Below, piece by piece: positions 24,526-35,110 of a DNA stretch of 55,548 nt. Origin of the DNA: Pseudomonadota bacterium (lineage in GTDB: Bacteria; Pseudomonadota; Gammaproteobacteria; Burkholderiales; Burkholderiaceae_C); contig JBEDMU010000149.1 of assembly GCA_041170945.1 (NCBI GenBank), positions 1 through 55,548 on the forward strand, written 5' to 3'. The notes beneath the pieces are model-generated. The model had not been told where the DNA came from, made no database searches, and saw only the letters and a list, made by a program, of their open reading frames with translations. Position 1 is the stretch's first letter; each line of letters opens with the position of its first letter. The translations under genes were made by a program, and so were the position numbers.

Positions 24526-25343
24526 GACCCGTCCGTCCGGCTGTGCAGTCGGGACATGTATTGCGCAAGCGTTTTGGGCAACATTTTTTGCGTGACGCCG
24601 CGTTGGTCGAGCAGATGCTCGACTTGATGCAAATAGACCAACACGATCACGTGTTAGAAGTGGGACCAGGCTTGGGCGCCATGACCCTGCCCTTGTTGCA
24701 GCGGGTGCAGAAGCTGACGGTGATAGAGGTAGATCGAGATTTGATTGCGCGTTGGCAACAACACCCTCAAGTAGAAGTGATTGCGCAAGACGTGTTGAAG
24801 GTGGATATCTCTGATTGGGCGCAGCGAGCGCATGAAGGTGCTCGTTGTCGAGTGGTGGGCAACTTGCCGTATAACATCTCCAGCCCCATTTTGTTTCACC
24901 TGATGCCGTTTGCGCATCAGGTGTACGACCAGCACTTCATGCTTCAAAAAGAAGTGGTCGAGCGCATGGTGGCCAAACCCAGCACATCGGCTTATGGTCG
25001 TTTATCTGTGATGTTGCAATGGCGATATGAAATGGATTGGATGATGGACGTGCCGCCCGAGGCGTTTCATCCGCCACCCAAAGTTGACAGTGCCGTTGTG
25101 CGCATGGTGCCGCGCCAGATGAGCGCCGAGCAATTGAAACTGGCCCCGGTGTTGTCGTCGCTGGTTCAAGCGGCGTTTGGTCAGCGGCGCAAGGTCTTGC
25201 GCAATACCCTAGAACCTTGGTTGGCCGCCAAAGGGGTTCAGGCCCAGGGGTTTGATATGCGGCGGCGAGCCGAGGAAATCGGCATCGCCGAATACACCGA
25301 TTTGGCTCAAGCAGTGGTGGAAGTGGAAGCCGCCAACCAATAA
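24522..25343 (+). CDS. rsmA: 16S rRNA m6,2A1518/1519 dimethyltransferase
   Basis: RKRFGQHFL, EVGPGLG, GNLPYNISSP, MLQKEV, FHPPPKVDS; probable TTG start overlapping the surA stop. Confidence 0.97.
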   Translation: MRPVRPAVQSGHVLRKRFGQHFLRDAALVEQMLDLMQIDQHDHVLEVGPGLGAMTLPLLQRVQKLTVIEVDRDLIARWQQHPQVEVIAQDVLKVDISDWAQRAHEGARCRVVGNLPYNISSPILFHLMPFAHQVYDQHFMLQKEVVERMVAKPSTSAYGRLSVMLQWRYEMDWMMDVPPEAFHPPPKVDSAVVRMVPRQMSAEQLKLAPVLSSLVQAAFGQRRKVLRNTLEPWLAAKGVQAQGFDMRRRAEEIGIAEYTDLAQAVVEVEAANQ

Positions 25344-25870
25344 CCAGCGTTGAAGGGGCTGCTCATGCGCAAAGCCATGGGCGATACGTCCACGATCTTG
25401 TCGGTAGGCATGGGCTCTTCACCCGCTTCAATGGTGACAGCCTGACCTGCAGAGGCGCGAGCGACAGCAAACGAATAGAAGCAACGGAAGGGAACTTTGC
25501 GATCAGACCAATAATCGGCGGTGTCGCGGAAGATATCGATCAGTTGTTCGCGAGATTCTTTGTCGAATTTGCTGTTGGTGGGAATGTGCTCAACCACCAC
25601 CACAAAACCTGTTTGAGGGCCAGATTTGTGAACCAAGTCGGTCATGCAGTCGTACAGGGTGTCGAGACTTTTGTTGGCATGAGCAGGCAGGCGATATTGC
25701 TCGGTAAGCAAATCGAGGATGTCTTGCTTGCCTTGAGCAGCACCCAAGTTGGCATACAAAAAGTGATGTCCAAGCTCAAGCGCAGCCGATTGCAAAGACG
25801 GCACGGTGAACGCGCGAATTGATTGAACCAAGTTGTTGCGAAGTGTGCGCAAGGGCGAATCCATAACCAT
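25307..25870 (-). CDS. Barstar-family protein with a 53-aa C-terminal extension
   Basis: KQDILD......LP.H....LD.LYDCMTD...GF..V.E barstar-like core ending FRCFYSF; 3' end overlaps rsmA by 37 nt. Confidence 0.8.
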   Translation of the reverse strand: MVMDSPLRTLRNNLVQSIRAFTVPSLQSAALELGHHFLYANLGAAQGKQDILDLLTEQYRLPAHANKSLDTLYDCMTDLVHKSGPQTGFVVVVEHIPTNSKFDKESREQLIDIFRDTADYWSDRKVPFRCFYSFAVARASAGQAVTIEAGEEPMPTDKIVDVSPMALRMSSPFNAGYWLAASTSTTA

Positions 25871-25911
25871 AATGACAAAAAAGAACGATTTATGACAATT
25901 TCAAGGCCGCG

Positions 25912-25940
25912 AGTGTGCTACACCCGCGCCAAAATTGCAA
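25912..25940 (-). promoter_or_regulatory. Putative sigma70 promoter of the barstar gene
   Basis: Minus strand TTGCAA-N17-CACACT, about 40 nt upstream of the start. Confidence 0.4.
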
Positions 25941-26026
25941 GCCTTGACAAATGATCTCGACCCGGCTATAGGGGTGTTAAAGTCAATCTATCGTATTGAT
26001 TTAATTATATTTTTTATAATACAAAA

Positions 26027-28330
26027 TCATGCAGAGGCGTTCGCATCGGCCACGGTTAAGGCGGTCATGTTGACAATACGGCGCACCGTGGCACTGGCCG
26101 TCAAAATGTGAACGGGTTTGCGTGCGCCCAGCAACACCGGTCCCAAAGCAATGCCGCCACCTGCTGCTGTTTTGAGCAAGTTGTAGGCAATGTTGGCCGC
26201 ATCGATGTTGGGAAGGACCAACAAATTGGCTTCACCAGACAGCCAGCTGTCGGGCATGAGGGCAGCACGGGCATCGGGGTCGAGGGCCACGTCACCATGC
26301 ATTTCACCGTCGACCTCTAGCCATGGGGCGCGATCGCGCAACAATGCCAAGGTATCGCGCATTTTGATGGCGCTGGGTTGGTCAGATGATCCAAAGTTGG
26401 AGTGTGACAACAACGCGACTTTGGGTTCAATGCCAAAACGCTTCATTTCTTGAGCGGCGGCCAAGGTGATTTCGCACAACTGTTCGGCGCTGGGGTCGTA
26501 GTTGACATGGGTGTCCACCAAAAACACCTGACGGCCGGGCAGAATCAGTCCATTCATACAGGCGTAGACCGTCGCACCATTTTCTTTGCCAATCACGGGA
26601 TCGATGTAGCTGAGATGGTTGGCGGTGGTTCCCCATGTGCCACAAATCATGCCGTCCACATGACCATGCTCCAGCAGCATGGAGCCAATCAGGGTCAAAC
26701 GGCGGCGCATTTCGATTTTGGCCAATTGTGCCGTGACCCCACGACGGGCTGTGCGCTGGTGGTAGCTTTGCCAAAAATCTTTGTAGCGATCGTCTTGTTC
26801 AACGTTGACGATGTCGTAGTCAGCGCCCTCTTGTAGCCGCAAACCAAATCGTTGAATGCGCTCAGCAATGATGTGGGGGCGACCAATGAGCGTCGGACGT
26901 GCCAAGTTTTCGTCCACAACCACTTGAGCGGCTCGCAACACACGTTCGTCTTCGCCCTCGGCGTAGGCCACTCGTTTGCGAGAAGCATGGCGTGCAGCTG
27001 CATAAACAGGTTTCATCACGTTGCCTGCCGCAAAGACAAAACTGCGCAGCTTTTCAACGTAGCTTTCCATGTCGGTGATGGGGCGTAATGCCACGCCACT
27101 GTCAGCCGCGGCTTGGGCCACAGCTGGTGCAATCTTGATCATCAAGCGCGGATCAAACGGTTTGGGAATCAAGTATTCGGGGCCAAACGCCAGTTTTTCA
27201 CCCGCATAAGCGGCGGCCACGACTTCGTTTTGTTCGGCCTGCGCCAAATCTGCAATGGCATGCACAGCAGCAATTTCCATTTGGTCGGTGATGGTGGACG
27301 CGCCAGCATCGAGTGCTCCTCTGAATATGTAAGGGAAGCACAACACGTTGTTGACTTGGTTGGGGTAGTCGGTGCGACCGGTCGCCATGATGGCGTCGCT
27401 GCGCACCGCCTTGACCTCTTCGGGCAAGATTTCAGGCGTGGGGTTGGCCAGCGCGAAGATCAATGGATGAGGCGCCATTTTGGCCACCATGTCGGGCTTG
27501 AGCACCCCAGCTGCGGACAAGCCCAAGAAAACATCGGCGCCCTCAATGGCTTGAGCCAGGGTGCGTTGCGAAGTGGGTTGTGCGAACACCGCCTTGTCGG
27601 GGTCCATGAGTTCGGTACGGCCTTCGTACACCAAGCCAGCAAGATCGGTGGCCCAAATGTTTTCACGCGGCAACCCCAGCTTGACCAACAAATTCAAACA
27701 AGCCAAGGCGGCGGCGCCAGCACCAGACGTGACCAACTTGATCTGTCGAATGTCTTTGCCGATGACCTTCAATCCGTTGAGCAGTGCGGCTCCCACCACA
27801 ATGGCGGTTCCGTGCTGATCGTCATGAAACACGGGAATTTGCATGCGCTCGCGCAGCTTGCGCTCGATGTAAAAACAATCGGGCGCCTTGATGTCTTCGA
27901 GGTTGATGCCGCCAAATGTGGGTTCAAGCGCTGCAATGATCTCGATGAGTCGATCGGGGTCTTTTTCTTTGACCTCAATGTCAAAGACGTCGATGCCAGC
28001 AAATTTTTTGAACAAAACGCCTTTGCCTTCCATCACCGGCTTGGCGGCCAGCGGACCAATATCACCCAATCCCAGCACAGCGGTCCCGTTGGTGATCACG
28101 GCGACTAAATTGCCACGGGCGGTATAGCGGTAAGCATTGACAGGATCGGCCACGATTTCTTCGCAAGGGGCTGCCACACCAGGGGAGTAGGCCAGTGCCA
28201 AATCGCGCTGATTGGTCAGCTGCTTGGTTGGTGCAATGGCAATCTTGCCGGGGCTTGGAAACTCGTGGTACTCAAGGGCCGCTTGGCGAAGAATGGCTTT
28301 TTTGGTGTTGGGATCTTGGCTTTTGGACAT
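26027..28330 (-). CDS. maeB: NADP-dependent malic enzyme fused to a phosphotransacetylase-like domain
   Basis: [39 protein letters not shown]-terminal PTA-like domain. Confidence 0.97.
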   Translation of the reverse strand: MSKSQDPNTKKAILRQAALEYHEFPSPGKIAIAPTKQLTNQRDLALAYSPGVAAPCEEIVADPVNAYRYTARGNLVAVITNGTAVLGLGDIGPLAAKPVMEGKGVLFKKFAGIDVFDIEVKEKDPDRLIEIIAALEPTFGGINLEDIKAPDCFYIERKLRERMQIPVFHDDQHGTAIVVGAALLNGLKVIGKDIRQIKLVTSGAGAAALACLNLLVKLGLPRENIWATDLAGLVYEGRTELMDPDKAVFAQPTSQRTLAQAIEGADVFLGLSAAGVLKPDMVAKMAPHPLIFALANPTPEILPEEVKAVRSDAIMATGRTDYPNQVNNVLCFPYIFRGALDAGASTITDQMEIAAVHAIADLAQAEQNEVVAAAYAGEKLAFGPEYLIPKPFDPRLMIKIAPAVAQAAADSGVALRPITDMESYVEKLRSFVFAAGNVMKPVYAAARHASRKRVAYAEGEDERVLRAAQVVVDENLARPTLIGRPHIIAERIQRFGLRLQEGADYDIVNVEQDDRYKDFWQSYHQRTARRGVTAQLAKIEMRRRLTLIGSMLLEHGHVDGMICGTWGTTANHLSYIDPVIGKENGATVYACMNGLILPGRQVFLVDTHVNYDPSAEQLCEITLAAAQEMKRFGIEPKVALLSHSNFGSSDQPSAIKMRDTLALLRDRAPWLEVDGEMHGDVALDPDARAALMPDSWLSGEANLLVLPNIDAANIAYNLLKTAAGGGIALGPVLLGARKPVHILTASATVRRIVNMTALTVADANASA

Positions 28331-28341
28331 GATGAAAAAGA

Positions 28342-29688
28342 TTATGCGTTGGCCATCCAGGCTTCAATTTCGCGAGCGTTCACTGGAACGTCGCGGGTGA
28401 TCAGTTCGCAGCCCTGAGGCTGCACCACCGCATCGTCTTCAATGCGGATGCCCATATTCCAGAATGGTTCGGGGATGTCAGCAGCAGGGCGTATGTACAG
28501 GCCGGGCTCTAGGGTGAGCACCATGCCAGATTGAAGAATGCGGCTGTTGTGGGGAGGTTCTTGTCCTGCTTCGGTGTAAGAGCCACAATCGTGCACATCA
28601 AGGCCCAGCCAATGGCTGGTCCGATGCATGTAAAAACGCGAGTAGTGCTTGTTGGCAATGACGTCTTCAACGTGACCGTGTGCATTTGTATTTAACAAAC
28701 CCAAATCGAGCAGACCTTGCGCCAAAACCTTGACGGCCGCATCGTGAGGGTCGTTGAAACGTGCGCCCGCGCGGGTGGCTTGCACCGAAGCTTCTTGTGC
28801 CGCGCAAACCACGTCATAAACAGCGCGTTGTGCATCGGTAAAGCGACCGTTGGCCGGGAATGTGCGGGTGATGTCAGAAGCGTACCCTTGAAGTTCACAA
28901 CCTGCGTCGACGAGCACCAAGTCTCCCGAGCGAATGACCGTTTGATCTGCGCGGTAATGCAAGATGCAGGCATTGGCACCTGCGGCGACGATGTTGCCGT
29001 AAGCAGGTCCGCTGGAGCCGTGGCGTCTGAACTCATGCAGCAACTCGGCTTCAAGCAAGTACTCGTGACAGGCCAAACCTTGGTTCAAGGTTTCAGCGCA
29101 GGTGCGCATGACACGCAGGTGTGCCTGAGCGCTGATGCGAGCCGCTTGGCGCATGATGTCGAGCTCGTGGTCGTCTTTGATCAAGCGCATGTCATCTAAC
29201 AAAGCACACAAGTCGCGCTGTTGGTCGGGGCAACGAACCCCTAGGCGAACTTTTTGCCTGACAACGCCCAGCCACTTTTCGATACGCTGACCCAAGCCTT
29301 CATGGGTGGCAAAGGGCCAGCAAACGGTTTGTTGGTTTGCCAGCAAAAGTGGCAGTTGTTCGTCGAGTTGTTCGATTGAAAATGCGGCATCAATGCCCAA
29401 AGCTTGAGGTGCTCGCTCTGGACCTAAGCGGATGCCGTCCCAAATTTCCCGGCTTTCATCGCGCGGTTGACAAAACAAGGTGGTGTGACCTTGTGCATCG
29501 ATGAGCAAGTAGGCATTGGGTTCATCAAAGCCGGTGAGGTACAAGAAGTAGCTGTCGCCTCGATACGGATATTCGCTGTCACGATTGCGCAAATGGGTGG
29601 GCGCGGTGGGAATGATGGCCAATGCATTCGGGCCCAAGCTTGCGGCCAAGCGGGCGCGTCGTTGTGCATAAACATGAACGGGTGTCAT
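28342..29688 (-). CDS. pepP: Xaa-Pro aminopeptidase
   Basis: YLTGFDEP, VDAG, ASDITRTFP, HWLGLDVHD, TLEPGLY, GIRIEDD. Confidence 0.95.
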   Translation of the reverse strand: MTPVHVYAQRRARLAASLGPNALAIIPTAPTHLRNRDSEYPYRGDSYFLYLTGFDEPNAYLLIDAQGHTTLFCQPRDESREIWDGIRLGPERAPQALGIDAAFSIEQLDEQLPLLLANQQTVCWPFATHEGLGQRIEKWLGVVRQKVRLGVRCPDQQRDLCALLDDMRLIKDDHELDIMRQAARISAQAHLRVMRTCAETLNQGLACHEYLLEAELLHEFRRHGSSGPAYGNIVAAGANACILHYRADQTVIRSGDLVLVDAGCELQGYASDITRTFPANGRFTDAQRAVYDVVCAAQEASVQATRAGARFNDPHDAAVKVLAQGLLDLGLLNTNAHGHVEDVIANKHYSRFYMHRTSHWLGLDVHDCGSYTEAGQEPPHNSRILQSGMVLTLEPGLYIRPAADIPEPFWNMGIRIEDDAVVQPQGCELITRDVPVNAREIEAWMANA

Positions 29689-30428
29689 GAGATGCAGTGT
29701 ACGCCGTTGGCCGCTGCCAAGCGCTCAGGGGTTCCGATATCCATCCAGCGACCGCGATACAGCGAACCGGTGACCCGACCGGCTTGCATGGCCTTTTTCA
29801 GCAAGGGGGCTAACGCAATGGCCAACCCTTCGGGATTGCCCTCGGGCACATCGAGCCATGGGGAAGTAAACAGCTCGCGTCGGTATAAACCAATGGTGGA
29901 GTACGTCAACCGGGGGGTGTCTGCTGGTAGCTCATGGTGCAAATGGGTGTCGTTCACCCAGCCAAAATCACCCTTGGGGTTGTGCTCGGGATTGGGAACC
30001 AGCCACAAGTGCGCCAACGCGTTGCTGCGTTCAAATTCTTCAACCGCAGAGGCGGAAAATACAAAATCAGGCACGTACACGTCACCGGCAGCCACCCAAA
30101 ACACTGGACTGAGCAAGGGCAGCGCACGGCTGATACCGCCAGCCGTTTCGAGGGCTTTGCCAAAGTCCAGGTCTTCACGCGAATAGCGGATGTGGGCCTG
30201 TTGCCCTGTGGGAGTCGTGTATTGGGAGCCCCAAAATTGAGGAATTTGCTCGCCTAGCCAAGCGGTATTGATGACCACCTGGGTCACCCCATCTCGCACG
30301 ATGTGGCGCAAGGTCCATTCCATGAGGGGGATGCCGCCCAAAGGAAGCAGGGGTTTGGGGTGGTGATCGGTCAAAGGACGCATGCGCTCGCCTCTGCCTG
30401 CCGCCAGAATCATGGCCACGGTGTTCAT
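29685..30428 (-). CDS. murU: MurNAc-alpha-1-phosphate uridylyltransferase (nucleotidyltransferase)
   Basis: AMILAAGRGERMRPLT..PKPL, LETAGGI, LVPNPEHNPKGDF, WMDIGTPERL. Confidence 0.85.
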   Translation of the reverse strand: MNTVAMILAAGRGERMRPLTDHHPKPLLPLGGIPLMEWTLRHIVRDGVTQVVINTAWLGEQIPQFWGSQYTTPTGQQAHIRYSREDLDFGKALETAGGISRALPLLSPVFWVAAGDVYVPDFVFSASAVEEFERSNALAHLWLVPNPEHNPKGDFGWVNDTHLHHELPADTPRLTYSTIGLYRRELFTSPWLDVPEGNPEGLAIALAPLLKKAMQAGRVTGSLYRGRWMDIGTPERLAAANGVHCIS

Positions 30429-30550
30429 GCATGAATTCTTGCAGATTCCCAGCGTCCAAAATGCCCCCTAATCGTTAGAATGGGGGTGTAAGGGGTCCGA
30501 ATCGAGACCCCAAAGGTTTTGACACTCAAAAAATTCAGGGAGGATTCAAG

Positions 30551-33639
<3,089 letters not shown>

Positions 33640-33661
33640 TTGCTGCGTTCTTCGAACTGAC

Positions 33662-33686
33662 AAGGCGCCTTCGGGCGCCTTTTTTT
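33662..33686 (+). terminator. Intrinsic terminator after gap
   Basis: AAGGCGCC-TTCG-GGCGCCTT followed by a T run. Confidence 0.9.
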
Positions 33687-34479
33687 ACGCCAGACGCAAG
33701 CTCACCTCGTGGCTGATCACCGTTTCGACACCCAGCGGTGTTTCGATCAACAGCCCCCCCTGTGCGTTGACGCCACGCGCAATGCCTTGCAGACCATTCG
33801 AGAGCGTGACTGGCTGGTTGAGCAGGGCGTCACGCGACCCCAAGGCCGACAGTCGAGGCTCTAAGCCGCGCTGAATGAATCGTTCTAGTTCGTGATGCAA
33901 GGCCAGGCTCAATTGTTGCCACCAATGACCTGGGTCGATGCTCAATTGCGCATCGATCTCGCACAGTCCTGCGGGCTCTACCCCCGCGTGTCCCGGCATG
34001 AGGGCGGGCGCATGCAAGTTAACGCCTACACCCACCACCAAAGCTTGACCCCATGGCCCCTTGGCGCTCTCAATGAGCATGCCGCCGAGTTTGCGACCTT
34101 GCCACCACCAGTCATTGGGCCACTTGATGCGAACTTGAGGGTGCATGGCTTCTGCCAAGGCCAATCCCACACTCACCGACAACCCTTCGAGCGATACATG
34201 CAAAGGCCAGGGACGCAACAGCGAAAAACAAAGGGTGTGTGCTGGGTTAGCCACCCACTGACGCCCGCGTCTGCCACGACCGTTGGTTTGTTCGAGCGTG
34301 GTCAGCAATGTGGGCTGTAAGGGCTGCTCTGAGCGCACACGTCGCATCAATTCATCGTTGGTGGAGTCGACTTGATGCAAGACCTCAACGCTCAGGTCCT
34401 CAAGGTCCGGATGGAGTTGCTGCCACAGACGCTCTGCCGCTTGATTGAACGTTTGCGTGAAGGCAGAGTGGGGCAGCAT
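33685..34479 (-). CDS. birA: Biotin--acetyl-CoA-carboxylase ligase (no N-terminal HTH)
   Basis: VDSTN, EQTNGRGRRGRQW, KWPND, KLGGMLIE, GVGVN. Confidence 0.95.
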   Translation of the reverse strand: MLPHSAFTQTFNQAAERLWQQLHPDLEDLSVEVLHQVDSTNDELMRRVRSEQPLQPTLLTTLEQTNGRGRRGRQWVANPAHTLCFSLLRPWPLHVSLEGLSVSVGLALAEAMHPQVRIKWPNDWWWQGRKLGGMLIESAKGPWGQALVVGVGVNLHAPALMPGHAGVEPAGLCEIDAQLSIDPGHWWQQLSLALHHELERFIQRGLEPRLSALGSRDALLNQPVTLSNGLQGIARGVNAQGGLLIETPLGVETVISHEVSLRLA

Positions 34480-34508
34480 ATAACGACCAATGAGTGTGGC
34501 AGGCGACG

Positions 34509-35015
34509 TTATGTTGGTTTAGAACGAGACTTCGGAGCCAACATGGTGCCACGACAAGTGGCATGACCACAATAGCAGGCATACTCACGCTTGAGTTTGG
34601 CGGTGTAGCGCGCGTCGATTTCGAGTCCGTAGTCGTAAAACAACTCTTCACCCGCATGCAGCGCACGCAGGGCATAAATGTAAACGCGGCCTTTTTCTTC
34701 GCGTGCCTCGCAATTGGGTTCACAACTGTGATTGATCCAACGAGCGATGTTGCCGTTGATCTTGGCGTCGATCACTCGACCGCTTTCAAGATGAAAGTAA
34801 AACGTGTGGTGTGGTTGAGTGGGATCGTGAGGGTGGCGTCGAACGGCTTCTTTCCACGTGATGCGTTGACCCGTGTATTCGATGATGGATGTGTTGCTGG
34901 GTATGGCCAGGCGGGCAAACACCCCCCGCCCATGAACGCGTGAATCACGAGCCTCGATGAGGGCATGCTCTTCAGAAGGGTCGACCAATGTTCGTGAAGA
35001 ACTTGACAGGGACAT
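34509..35015 (-). CDS. SET-domain protein-lysine N-methyltransferase with post-SET Cys motif
   Basis: HGRGVFA, IIEYTG, RWINHSCEPN, ELFYDYG, CYCGHATCRG; likely ATG at 35015. Confidence 0.95.
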   Translation of the reverse strand: MSLSSSSRTLVDPSEEHALIEARDSRVHGRGVFARLAIPSNTSIIEYTGQRITWKEAVRRHPHDPTQPHHTFYFHLESGRVIDAKINGNIARWINHSCEPNCEAREEKGRVYIYALRALHAGEELFYDYGLEIDARYTAKLKREYACYCGHATCRGTMLAPKSRSKPT

Positions 35016-35047
35016 GCGTTGGACTTCGAAAAATTTGTTAAGGTTGA

Positions 35048-35092
35048 ATGTGTGTGCGCGTACGCACACACGTGCGCACGTACGCGCACGCG
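35048..35092. repeat. Perfect 45-bp alternating purine-pyrimidine tract with nested inverted repeats
   Basis: ATGTGTGTGCGCGTACGCACACACGTGCGCACGTACGCGCACGCG, read base by base, has no break in R/Y alternation. Confidence 0.97.
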
Positions 35093-35110
35093 AGAAATGG
35101 ATTGTATGAA

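Noticed and set aside
35016-35110. N-terminal extensions of TopB (MCVRVRTH...) and SET (MCVRAHT...) in the ORF track
   Set aside because: Alternating R/Y sequence cannot contain stop codons, so frames stay open; the conserved TopB start is MKTLVIAEKPS at 35111.
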